Source: Podospora anserina (Eukaryota). From it: a stretch of 64,000 nt of DNA. The DNA is taken from contig CM030337.1 of the NCBI GenBank assembly GCA_017654855.1, forward strand, positions 2,914,001 to 2,978,000, read 5' to 3'. The translations under genes and the position numbers were made by a program. Positions 25,731-37,400 of the stretch are shown piece after piece (within the stretch, counting starts at the first letter, position 1; every line of letters begins with the position of its first letter). The notes beneath the pieces were generated by a model. That model saw nothing but the letters and a program-made list of their open reading frames with translations, was not told where the DNA came from and searched no databases.

Positions 25731-26164
25731 TACAAAACAACGAAGAGAATTGGAAGGAGACCTGTTGCGAAAAGTAAGAAGAACGGGAGGAACTTGCAAG
25801 TTGGAAAGAAGGAGAAAAACTACGCCGTCTCACGAATTAACGCAGAAGAATACGACTGATTTTTGTTACCAAGACTACGTGGCCGGAAAAATGGTGGATT
25901 CGGGAGTGAACATGCAAAATATAAATCTTCAAACAACCACATTTATAGTGCATGAGTGTAATAAATTTACATAAATCAAACCTTGGTACACAAAAGTATT
26001 TACATTATAATATCTGTAATAATAGAGATTATACGCGCTTAGTTGTTGATGGATTTGTACTTTTGTATGCAAAATGCTGGACTTTTTAACATCTATTGCA
26101 AAATCTGAATCTAGACATGGACAATTTCCATTTCCGTTCTTGGACCTGAGCACTCGCCGCTTTA

Positions 26165-26310
26165 ACCTGAGCAGAAGTGGAGAAGCCCTGAGTAGGGATG
26201 AGTAAAACCCTGAGTAGGGTGAGCAAGGCCTGAGCAGGGTGAGTAAAGCCATGAGCAGGGTGAGCAAACTCTGAGCACGGTGAGCAAAGCCCTGAGCACG
26301 GTGAGCAATA
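26165..26310. repeat. Minisatellite, about 21-bp unit x about 6 (CCTGAGCAGGGTGAGCAAAGC consensus)
   Basis: Tandem diverged units seen directly. Confidence 0.85.
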
Positions 26311-26764
26311 GTTGAATCCACCTGAGACCAGGCTATACTAGAGGTAGACTATGGCAGAGCTATTTCTGGAGCGCACACCTATTCCACGGTAATTATTGTT
26401 AGTGCTGCAGGAAGGCTTTTGGTGGAAGTTACTAGAAAATAACCCTGGCTGCATTAACAACTATTCCGCTTAGGGTAGGTATAAAAGTTATGACAGAGAA
26501 CCAATGTCTGTGTTAGAGTCAGAAACAGCTCATGCAGCGTAGCATCCACGCCAGGAACAGTTTCTGCGTTAGTCCAAATCAGACAAGTCGTTTCCCTCCA
26601 AATATCGTTCCTGTATCTGGGATCACCGAAAACTTGGATTGTTCTTAACTTGATCGAGTACTGTATGGAAGCTCATATTTTCACGCTAGTCATACATACC
26701 TGCCTAACGGAGCCGCTAACTAACTTATCGAATGCTCCCTTTCTGGTGGGTCTGTTTGGCTCCA

Positions 26765-26853
26765 AGAGCCATTTCTGGAGTGCAGCTATTCGGTTTGACA
26801 GGTATTATGACGAGGATCTGCTGCCTTTGTAGAGTTAGAAACAGCTTCTATAT
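26765..26853. repeat. Dispersed repeat, copy 1 (matches 43890-43977)
   Basis: AGAGCYATTTCTGGAGTGCAGCTATTYGGTTTGRCAGGTATTATGA...GAAAYAGCTTCTATAT is shared. A partial copy lies near 26356. Confidence 0.8.
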
Positions 26854-27231
26854 ACAAATCATTTAGCCTAAGGCAGCGTTAGGATTATGATATGAAATCC
26901 CAGCCTCTGCAAAAGCCAGAAACGGCTTGTTTCGTTTTGCCTGTGTAGGCAGCGATGGTCTGCCTTTCCTGGAGCTAGAAACAGCTTCTACGTTTGACTT
27001 AGGCAACAAGGCATAGGGAATCGCTGCCTCTATCGAAGCCATAAATAGCTTCTAATAGCAATACACAACAAGTCTGTAGGCGATTATGGATACAACCACG
27101 CTTCCGGATTCTTAAGACTATTTCCCTCGTTGATTCTCTTCTTCTTTTGAATCATCATCCGTTGCAATATGAGGGTGTCAAGGAGTGTGACGAACCCTTG
27201 ATCAGAACCTCTGAGAGGGATACTGGGTTAA

Positions 27232-27592
27232 TGTCACGACCTGACACTGGGAGTGGAGCGCAGGAAGCCTCGTCCAATCATTGAGAGTCAGGAACCAACC
27301 AATAAGAGATTGATCATGGACCTGGAGGAATAATTAATAATCAGGATCACTGATCATTAAGAATGATCCATGATCAGGGGCTTAGCATGGTCTATATATA
27401 CGGAGGAACTAGATAGCTCATAGATAGTTCCACAATATGCAATACAAATACTGTACAAGTGTTAATCAGGCATTGTGATTACATTGAGACAAGTCTATTA
27501 TTGTGCACCTTTTGGCTGCACCGAACCACCCATCTAGAAGCTACTTTCAGCTGTGTATCCCTTTCAGAGGTTCTGGATAGCGGTTCGTCACA
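27232..27592 (+). mobile_element. Solo LTR (crapaud-like) with near-perfect 5-bp target duplication GTTAA/GTTGA
   Basis: TGTCACGACC...GGTTCGTCACA ends, and a TATATATACGGAGGAACTAGATAGC core shared with the other copies. Confidence 0.85.
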
Positions 27593-27825
27593 GTTGATAT
27601 CACACGTAACCACCAAAAGGCCTTGGCCACGACCAACAGCACAGTAAACTGCAAGTCCTGGACCAGTCGTTGGGAAGTAAAGCGAGCAAATAAGCCACAG
27701 GCGGCATAGGCAGACGTATTATTGGTTCAACCTCTCGGCGGTCTGGATAGGCAGAAAAGGGAATCGTGCTAGATACGGTTCTTTCGAGCTTGGCGCTTTC
27801 CTTTCTCTTGGTGGACTTCTTCCAT

Positions 27826-28215
27826 TGGACGAACCCCTCTACAGAACCTCTGAAAGGGATACTCGGTCGAAGGCTACTTCTGATAATTAGTTCGGTGCAG
27901 TTAAATAGTGCATAAAAGATATCTCAATATAAACACAAGGATACCGTGAATACAAGCTGTGATTGCATACTGCGGAACTATCTACAAGCTATCTAGTTCC
28001 TCCGTATATATGGACCTTAGTCTTCCCGGATCATTGCCAAGCCTCCATAATCCTATATCCAGATCGCTGGATCATTGCAATAATCCCATAATCCATTTCC
28101 TGGATCGTTGGATTATCTCTATAATCTAATGATCCATTCCTCATTAGTCCGTTCTTTTGATCCCTCTGATTAGTCACTCACCGTCCCGAGCCCCGCAGAA
28201 CTGTGGGTTGTGACA
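27826..28215 (-). mobile_element. Solo LTR of the same family, inverted
   Basis: About 27828-28017 is the reverse complement of the 3' half of the LTR at about 43654-43846. The 5' end reads TGTCACAACCC from 28215. Confidence 0.85.
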
Positions 28216-28274
28216 TTACCTCGCTAGTCAAGAAGCAGCGCCATCAACTGGTACCCGGGGCTAGAATATCTAGT

Positions 28275-29382
28275 CTAGGCGGAAGCCTCCGGCTCAGCAC
28301 CAGATATAGTGCGGTTGGGCGCCGTGCGGCTGCGCCGTCCTCTGAGAAGCGACGGCAGGTCCTTGACGAGATGGAATAGCGCGTCTAGGACCACCAAGCC
28401 GAACGCGCACAAAGGACCTAAGATAGCGAAGACGGTAAAGCCGTACGAAACCTGCTGGAAGGCGGCATTTTTCTTAAGCCGTTCCGTGGCGAGGCCGACC
28501 TGCATCGCGGTCAGCACCAGGGCGATGAAGACGGTGGCAGTAGTTATCCAGGTGAGGTTATCGCGGAAGAAGCTACCGTAGTTGTGCCGACCGCGGAGGT
28601 AGGGGTTGAACAGTGGGAGGCTGGTTAAGCGGTGGATGATATTGATACGGGAGAGACGGAGCTCGGCACGCAGGAAGCGAGGGTGGACAACATCTAGTTC
28701 GCGCTCATACATTCGGAGGAGCTCTCTGGCCAGGATCTTCCAGTCTGCCCATTCTAGTGGCTTGTCGTCTTCCCTGTAAGGCAAGAGGTGCTTTTCGTTG
28801 GCGATATAGAAGTCGCTCCCCGACGATACAAGACAGGCGTACGTGTAGAGAAAGCCGAGGGCGACTCTCCGTGGGATTCCCCGGCACGTATCCGCCGGAG
28901 GGTCGTGGCAGGCGCAGGCATCCGGGCATTGTAGGTTGGTGCTGCAAAAAGCTGGATCGAGGAGAAAGCGTGGGACGGGCTTAATGAAGAGCTTCCCCTT
29001 GTTATCCCAGAGGAGGTGCAGATCCATCCGGTCGGTGATAGCGATCTCCCGACCTATGGCGACATGAGAGTGCAGCGGCATGGCGGGACGCTTTGCGCCG
29101 GCAAACCATAGGTGTTGCATCATATCAGCTAGGTCTCCGAGAGAAAGCTCTCTCCGTAAGAAGGCCGGTATGTCCTTCGCCGGGTTACCGACCGCGCGCC
29201 TTCCGGCGGCCTCGTGGTAGTGGTAGGTAGCCGGTAACATATCCGTAGCGGGCTTCTCTTTCTCCTTCTTCCCGAGCACCTCGGTTTCGAGCTATATACG
29301 CATATCGTCAGAGGGTATAAACGCTTGAAGGCCAGTAGGGCTGCTAACGCACCGGCCAGAGCAAGTAGTCTGGTGGAACCAT
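28275..29382 (-). CDS. DUF6601-like protein with two C-terminal transmembrane helices
   Basis: MDLHLLW, LFIKPVPRFLL, ALGFLYTYACLV, ELRLSRIN and VLTAMQVGLAT motifs. Tentative 30-nt first exon (ATG 29382, intron about 29292-29352); alternative ATG at 29240. Confidence 0.75.
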
Positions 29383-30041
29383 GTGGGATGCGGGCGGGAG
29401 CGACGGGAGCGACGGGAGCTAGCTAGTCGTCGGGTCGGACGGGTCGGCGCGTCTGTCTGCCTTTAGCAGCCGGTCTCACGGAGGGTACTGCGCGCACGCT
29501 GTTAGCTAAACTCGCCGGCCATAACTCCAGGGGAAGCTCAGCTCTATTACTATATCGTGCCTCCACAGTTTCCACGTCTCACGCGTTATCTTGACACAAT
29601 TGGGAGCTTCTCGAGACGCGCGTTCATCACTTGTAAAGGCGATAGACGGTGTTTGATGGTCTGCCGTTTGGTTGGGCTCCGAGCAGATATCCAATTGCGT
29701 CGCGACTACTTGGGCGAGACAGCGTTGGCCGCAACCGCCATTGGCGTCTGGCCCCGCAGATCGAAATGATTGGACGTGGACGCTCCCTGGTTTCGAACGT
29801 GCTACCCAATGCGGGTTGAGCGAGAATCGCCAACAGTTCAGCTTCTAACACCAGGCATTTGGACCTTTGTCCCCCAGAAGCGATCGGTATTAAACGCTCT
29901 TGACTTACTCCACCATACACACCGGCAACGGAGAACCTCCGCTTGGGAGCAGTCCCGCCAACATTCACCGAAGCACAGCATCCGCGGCGCGGGGTCTTGT
30001 CCGTACAGGCTCCTCAGCCTGCCTCTGCCTCTGCCTCGACA

Positions 30042-33000
30042 ATGATTTCCGTCAACCTCAGCCAGGGCACCTCTCTGCCCGGATGGACAACTGTCCTTTG
30101 TCTCCTGGTCGGCGCAACTGCCGCTTGTCTTTGGTTCCGTTTCCCGCTTACGCGTTCCACGCGGGCATTGTCTTCGGTGAAGCCCACTTCAGATTCCACA
30201 CGGTCCGCTCGGTCAGGCGTCAGCCTCCGTCAAGTCAACCCTGACAAGAACGAGGCAAACACCGACATCGACATCATTGCCATTCATGGCCTTGACACAA
30301 AGTCGCCGGACACGTGGGTATGGGTAGACCCCAACGATCCCAACAATACCGTTAACTGGCTGGCCGACCGGCGAATGCTCCCCAGCCGAGTGGGAGCAGC
30401 TCGCATCTTCACATGCGACTGGCCTGCCGACCTACGTCAGCAGTCGTCAGTTCCCACGACGCTCCACGAGTCTGCCCAGTCTTTGCGCGACAGCATACAG
30501 CACCTAAAGGCAAATACCACAAGACCCATTCTCTTCATCGCATCGTGTCTTGGTGGTATTATCTTGATAAAGGCTCTCGAGATTGATAATCAGCACACCA
30601 AGGACAACGCCGATTCGCCTTCTCTCACAAGGACAACACGAGGCGTCGTGTTTTTGGCTACACCTTTCCGAGGCACTGCGTTCAAAAACATGCCTGGCCT
30701 CCTATTGAAAGCCCTGGCCGCCCTGCAAGACCAAACAGTGACTGCACTGATTGATTACACACTGGGCGCGACCCCCGACCTTGACGAACTTACGAAAGGG
30801 TTTATAACGCTAACGAAGAACCACAACTACCAAGTAGTCGTGTTCTGGGAAGCGAGGAATACCGTTCTTCTCCGGAAGTTTCATCTGGCTTGGATGGTGT
30901 CAACATGGATCTTACTGGCGTGGCTAGTAGCTCTGACATCAGCTTGGCTGCTTGATTTGTTTTCACCTTGGCTACTCGTCTTTTTCCTCCTTTGGTTACC
31001 TGTGTTCTTGTCTTGCCAACCACAGCTGGTACGTATCAAAACATTGACTAGTCTAGCTGCCCTACTAATGCCTACTAGCTGGTCAATAAGTACTCGGCAA
31101 CCCTATCGGATTTTAAGACGCAGCGGCTTGATCGACCCCACGTCATGATGAACAAATTCGCCCACAGCAACTGCACAAATGAGTGCAAGAAGGACTGCAC
31201 GGAGAGTGATGATTTCGGCCATGTGTCCCGCAAGATCGAGGTAATGCTCAAGACGATTCGTGAAGGAAGTCCACTCGAGCAAGCAGACGGTTGGATTCGC
31301 AAAAGACACTATACCCAGGAGAAACTGAAGATTGAGCGACTTTCGGGCGATACGTTGTCCATGGATCGCTGCTACATCAATCTCGCCATTATCGGGGAGC
31401 CTAGAGAAAACCCAGAGAAAGGATCGGAAACGGACGCAGTACCTCACAAATCCCCCTTTTCACTCACCGCTCGGCTGAAGGTTGAGACGCCGGAAAAGAA
31501 TATTCAAGTGGAATTGTCGTCTCTCTTCGATCCGCGCAAAGACTCCGAAGGCCAAACGACAAACCCAAGAAGAATCTTAATCCATGGACGCGCCGGGGTC
31601 GGGAAGACTACCCTGTGTAAGAAGATGGTCAATGAATTTACCCGTCGTTCTGGAGAGTTTCGAAAGTGGAACGAGTTGTTCGACCGCATACTTTGGGTGC
31701 CTCTACGGAGGCTGAAAGGATGGTCATCTCCGCCATATAACCTCGAGGGATTGTTTTGTTATGAGTATTTTGACCAACACCTAAACTATAGCATTCTTGC
31801 TAAAGAACTTTTCCGTACGGTTGACAGTAATGGCCAAAAGACTCTGTTTATCCTTGACGGTCTTGACGAAATATCTCAACTCTTGGACGATAATCACCCG
31901 AAATTCTCTTTGCTTAAACACCTGTTAAACCAACCTAGCGTTATTATTACATCCCGACCGCACGTCTCACTCCCTAGGGGAGTCCATTCCCCAGACCTTA
32001 AACTGGAAACCGTTGGATTCTACCCGGCTCAAGTGGTCGAATACCTTCGAGCTACATTTATTGATGCGAAAACGGTCGAAGATATTGAATCGTACTTCCA
32101 AAGGCATCAGCTAGTCCAGGGTCTTGTACGAATCCCTGTTCAGCTGGATGCTCTCTGCTATACTTGGAATAGTTTCGAGGATAAAACTATGCCGGGGACT
32201 ATGACCGCGATGTACAAAGCCATCGAGGAAAATCTGTGGAAGAAGGATATTGTGAGACTGGAGAAGCGAACGCAGCGTCAAATACGCGTCGTTCGCCGGC
32301 CCGAGATCAGCAACTCTGCCGAAGATGAGGTACAACTTCTTGAGATTCTCGCATTTACTGGCATGCATAGCGATGTTATCGACTTTGAGCCAAGACATCG
32401 CGACGCTATTTCCGAGCAGTATAATCCCACTGGGACGAACTTCGTCCTTGATGAGATGCTCGGACACCTTTCTTTTGTACGAACCTCAGACCCCTCATCA
32501 AAGGACCGCGATCGAAATTACCACTTCATACACCTCACCTTTCAAGAGTATTTTGCAGCACGGTATTTCATTCGACAGTGGAAAGCTAAACAACAACTCA
32601 ATTGTCTGCAACTTAGCGGTGGGAATCGTAATTATATCGAACCTGCTACTTTCCTTCAGGAGCATAAATACGATCCTCGCTACGATATCTTCTGGCGCTT
32701 TGTCGCCGGCCTACTTGATGCTGACGGAGAGGCACTTGGCTTCTTCCAGACGATTGAGGAGGAGCCACGCGACCTCCTGGGTCCTACGCATCAGCGCCTA
32801 GTCATGCACTGCCTAAGCGAAGTCGAGCGGAAGAAGTCGAATTTCACAGGACTTCGAGCGAGGCTAGAAAACCAACTAAAACAGTGGCTGCTGTTTGAAT
32901 GCGACTTTATGGGGAGTTCCATCTTAGCCCGCGAAATGGAGTGTCCAGAGCAGGTTCTGGTCAGTACATTAAAGCAAGCATCTGAAGGTGCAAGGTCGAT

Positions 33001-33865
33001 TTTTCTGGACTCGCTATCCAGACGAACAGCAGTGCCATCCAGTATTATAAACGTTGCATCTCCCTGGCTGAACGACTGCGCTTCTAAACGCCTATGTATT
33101 GCTGTCTTGGGTCTCCTAAGACATCAGCATAATGGCTTACCGCAGGAGATGCTGCAGGGCATCGCAGCGAGGCTCGAGGATCAGGACGCGGACGTACGGG
33201 AGGCAGCAATCGACGCGCTTCAAGGGCGAGCCGACCTTCCGAAGGAAATACTGCAGGGCATCGCAGCAAGGCTCGAGGATCAGGCCGCGTACGTGCGGCT
33301 GAGAGCAATCAACGCGCTTCAAGGGCGAGCCGACCTTCCGGAGGAGGTGCTGCAGGGCATCGCAGCAAGGCTCGAGGATCAGGACGCGTACGTGCGGCTG
33401 AGAGCAATCAACGCGCTTCAAGGGCGAGCCGACCTTCCGGAGGAGATGCTGCAGGGCATCGCAGCAAAGCTCGAGGATCAGGACACGGGCGTGCGGCGAG
33501 CAGCAATCGTGGTGCTTCAAGGGCGAGTCGACCTTCCGGAGGAGGTGCTGCAGGGCATCGCAGCAAGGCTCGAGGATCAGGCCGCGTACGTGCGGCTGAG
33601 AGCAATCAACGCGCTTCTAAATCAAGCAGAGTTATCGTTAAACGTCCTCAGCCCATATGTCAAATCCTTTTGCAAGGCTTTACTACGGAAGAGCTTCGAG
33701 AAGCATCTATACTGGCACGCTTCGGACCGTGGTTTTATAGGGGTTAATCTTACACATATTTCTTTAAGTGGTAGTCAACATGAAGGGAAGGAAGCGGTGA
33801 AGCTACTGTTACAGAATGGCGCCACTACCGTAGCGATGGAGACAGACAGCCGCTACTACACTTAG
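30042..33865 (+). CDS. Fungal NLR: SesB-like alpha/beta-hydrolase + NACHT + HEAT repeats
   Basis: DIIAIHGL and GVVFLATPFRG. Intron 31029-31078 joins in frame to LVNKYSATL...HVMMNKF. Walker A GRAGVGKTT, Walker B LFILDGLDE, IITSRP, HFIHLTFQEYFAARY, then five 33-aa HEAT repeats. Confidence 0.92.
33137..33620 (+). repeat. Five near-identical 99-bp coding repeats (HEAT)
   Basis: CTGCAGGGCATCGCAGC recurs at about 33152, 33251, 33350, 33449 and 33548. Confidence 0.95.
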
Positions 33866-34533
33866 TTGCTGAGAACTGGGAGGAAGCGATGGTGTAGCTA
33901 TTACAGCCAAAGCCATAAAACAGCACATTCGTTTCCCACGTCATATCTGCACTTTTCTCCTTTTCTCCTTACTGTTTCTCTCATATTTTTTTAATTATAG
34001 CATGCCACTAAAAGGGTCTGGGGGAATGTGTAAATATATACTTATGTATGAATTCTAGCATCTTCTAGACATTCGCTCCTGATATAGTAATGACCTGCTG
34101 ATCCCACTTTTATATTAAGTATGGCGTGCAGTATTTCAACCTATGTCGTCATCTAAGTATCATCATTAGAAAAGATTTACTACGCTACTAGTTAGAATGG
34201 GTCAGCAGAGCGGTAGCGAGGGAAGGGAGCTGATTCGAGTGCGTTATTGTGAGGGGACGGAGCAAACGACTAGCCGCTTTGGCTGTGCGTGCGTTTGGTG
34301 CAATTTAACCCTGAGACGAAGGAGTTGAAAATGAAGGCTAATGGAAATGCTATTCCAAAGACCCGACGACTAAAAGACAATTCAAGTAGAAATATAGTAT
34401 AACAGAGTCACTGACAAAAGTCAAAAAACAAAAGCAAAGGAAAAGAAAAAAAATGTTCAGACAGCCCTGCCCGAAGTGATGAGAAAGCTGAAAATGGAGG
34501 AAAGACATACCCGATCGCCAGATCCCTCGCAGT

Positions 34534-34675
34534 GTGCATTTCCAGACACTGCAAGGCCATTCGCGCTCGGTCCTCGCCGTCGCCTTCTCGCCGGATAGCC
34601 AGCTGATCGTGTCGGGCTCTCACGACGACACGGTCCGCCTTTGGGACGCAGCCACGGGGGCCGAGCGGCTCCTCC
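34534..34675 (+). pseudogene. Isolated single WD40 repeat of NLR (HNWD/NWD) type
   Basis: FQTLQGHSRSVLAVAFSPDSQLIVSGSHDDTVRLWDAATG, with no ATG and no flanking coding context. Confidence 0.8.
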
Positions 34676-34849
34676 CCCAATCGGGATCGAGGCGCTTCTC
34701 GGCCGTCCCTATTTCTTTTCCCGTCGTCATTGCAGCCACGCACGTGTTTTCTAAAGGTTTTCTTAAAAACAGCGGCTTTACTAGGCCCAGCCTAGTCCAG
34801 GACGAATAAAGCGGCAAGAAGTCACGTGAGAATTGTGTCCAGATTCCGG

Positions 34850-35015
34850 TGTTACAACAGAAAATGCAGTACAAGGACGGAAGACGAGCCACAACCAGCG
34901 TAGCCAATTAAGTAGTAATCAGTGATCGCTATCATGGACTTGGCGGAACCAGACATTGAGAAACTATCTTCAACTGAGTATCCCTTTCAGAAGATCTGAA
35001 CCCTGGTTCGTCACA
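34850..35015 (+). mobile_element. Short or deleted LTR remnant
   Basis: Ends ...AGTATCCCTTTCAGA...GGTTCGTCACA like the other LTRs. Possible 5' end TGTTACA at 34850. Confidence 0.65.
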
Positions 35016-35989
35016 GTTCTACAGAGACATTGACGATACCCAGTCGTGAATGACATCTGTGGGCTGTAACGCTAGGGTGGGTGCGGGTTTTGTTTGGCAT
35101 GGTTTTGGCTTTCAAAGCGACTTTTCTTGAACTATCCGATATCCCGTGGTCTTTTCACTCTTACTGGTTTCAGTAAGCTAGTTGCAGCTCGGTTTCTATT
35201 TTTCATTTTTAAACAAAAGACTGAGGAACGCCGATCCTAATGGTGATACGCAAATACAAGTTATTATTATAGTTGCAGAATCTGGCGTGCATTATGAAGC
35301 CACAACCTGCCCCTATAGGATACAAGACAGGTTATTGTTTCAAAATCGACAACCCACTCTGAGTGGTTCATTCCTGTGGTTTTGCCGTATCCTCTCCGTA
35401 AATTTGCTTCCGTAAGTAGATCCGAAGAGTAACCTCACTACTTGTATAGCTTCTTAGTGAGTGTATCTGGCTGAGGTTCGCTTGGCTATAGACAGTGAGG
35501 TCACCCACTCCTAGACTTTTCTGCCTTGTATAAGTGCAGTCGAGCTTGCAAACACAATGCTGCGGACAGGGAGGGTTACACTGGCACACAAAGGACCAAG
35601 AATGGCAATCTCTAAGCGGTTTTACCCCTTGGCATCTCTACCTGAGGCAACAAATGCTGTTTATAACAATGGTCTAGGGATGCAACACCAGTGAGGGGCT
35701 CAGGGGTAGTCACGAATAAGAGCGCCTCTCTATTATACGCGTGCAGTGTGATTCTAGTCTTCCAGCTTGTGATATGCAATTAATGCACCTTCCATCTGGT
35801 AATACCTACCCCATCGATACATCCTTTCAGGTGGCACAGAGGTCTTAACCCTAGGGATCGGGGCTCATTCTTGGTTCTATAGTAAGATGTGGAAGGCTCT
35901 CGTTTCGGAAGCCAATAATTAAACTATATCGATTAAGAGGGTGCAAGCAGTAGTGATCTTCTCTATTAGCCCCCATTGTCCTTATTTCG

Positions 35990-37400
35990 CCATTGTAAAG
36001 AATGATGGCTACGCTGGGTTTAAACTTCTGTGTCACCGTTTTCGCTACTTCATAAGAGCACATCTATGTTATTGCAGCTTGACTAATAGTGAAATGTTTA
36101 TTTTTTATAACCGGTGATGGAGTACTACCTTGATGAAGTATAGTTTCCTCATTAGGGCCTGATCCTTTGTCTCTTGCTATAGCAGCGATGATCTGGTTAT
36201 TTGCCTTGGGTATACTGAGTTGGTCAGCAACATGCTCCCCGTAGTCAGGCGATCTGACCACACCGATCTCTTCATCTGCCGTTGATAGCCGCTGCACTAG
36301 GTTTCCTTCCTCGTCTGGTGATGCGTTAGGGGAGATATATATCGTAACGGGGATGGTCGAGCGGAGTTAGGAAGTATGTCTATCTGGATTCTTAAGCGTG
36401 ATCTTCAGGTCCAGTTTATGCCGAATCTTAATCCCCTTAGCGTCCACATCCTAAAGACAATTTTTCAGCTCCCTCGGCAAATGTAGGGACGTCTTTACGA
36501 CCTAGCTTTCTCGATCTGTGCCGCTTATCCCGCTTTGCTAATGCTTATTTCTGCTTATAATAATGGTCCAGCGGTTAATTTCTTTTTCCTTCTTATATTC
36601 CTTACTATTATAACCTATCTACGTCGGTAGGATAATTATATAGACTTCTAGCAACTTGACCATGATATCGCTTAGTTTTAGTCCATTTAGTAACGGAATA
36701 ACTCTCGTTTCCAGGGGTAATGAGCTTCCGAAGGTAATTGCTCTTCGTGGCCCTATAATTGAGTAGTCTACTTTCTTAAGCTAGATGTTTTTAACATTTA
36801 TTATATATAATAAGCCTAGCGTCGAGACCTCAATCGTCTGTATAATCCGTAGGTGCTTATAGGTACGTAAGTCGGATACTAATTTTCGCCGCGTTACAGT
36901 CGCCTCTAGCTGGTATATAATGTTCGCTTTACATGTACCCTCGACACTTTCAGTTATATTACCCCCTAGCATTATTTGGAAGGTCATTCGTGGTTACCTG
37001 GTTAGAGCGTGCGCTCCCCCGCAAAGTATGCTTGGCTATCCGACGTGCTGTCTACCGCGCCAACACCAATAAACGGGTGCCACCGATATCCATAAAACTG
37101 AATGGTCTTGCCTATCGTACAGCTCCATGTGCCTGAAGACGCCTTTGCGTACGTCCAGCTAGCTAACAGAGTCAGCAGTCTTCTCAGCGTTGCGCTGGAG
37201 CGTATGCGCCATACCTATAGTGAAGCGTTCCTGTCAGCTTCAGTCGGATGTTGTCGACCTTGAGCGGTACTGAGAGGCAGAGGACGACGGTACCCTTCAA
37301 GAGCTGGCCTGACGCCTCGTGTTGGTTACCTCGAAAAACAACAGCATCATTCTCGAGTCTATAGCCTAGATCAGTTTCTATTCCCCAGAAGCAACGCATG
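35990..37400 (-). pseudogene. RIP-mutated arrestin-family (CreD/Rod1-like) pseudogene
   Basis: RLENDAVVFRGNQHEASGQLLKGTVVLCL, ESVEG, KHLRIIQT, VKNI*LKKVDYSI...FGSSLPLE, SPDYGEHVADQL. Several in-frame stops and a TpA-rich centre. Confidence 0.85.

Noticed and set aside
22900-26000. Starship captain (DUF3435) or Spok meiotic-drive gene
   Set aside because: No long ORF or recognisable motifs of either family.
26165-26310. CRISPR-like array
   Set aside because: Contiguous tandem units with no unique spacers, in a eukaryotic context.
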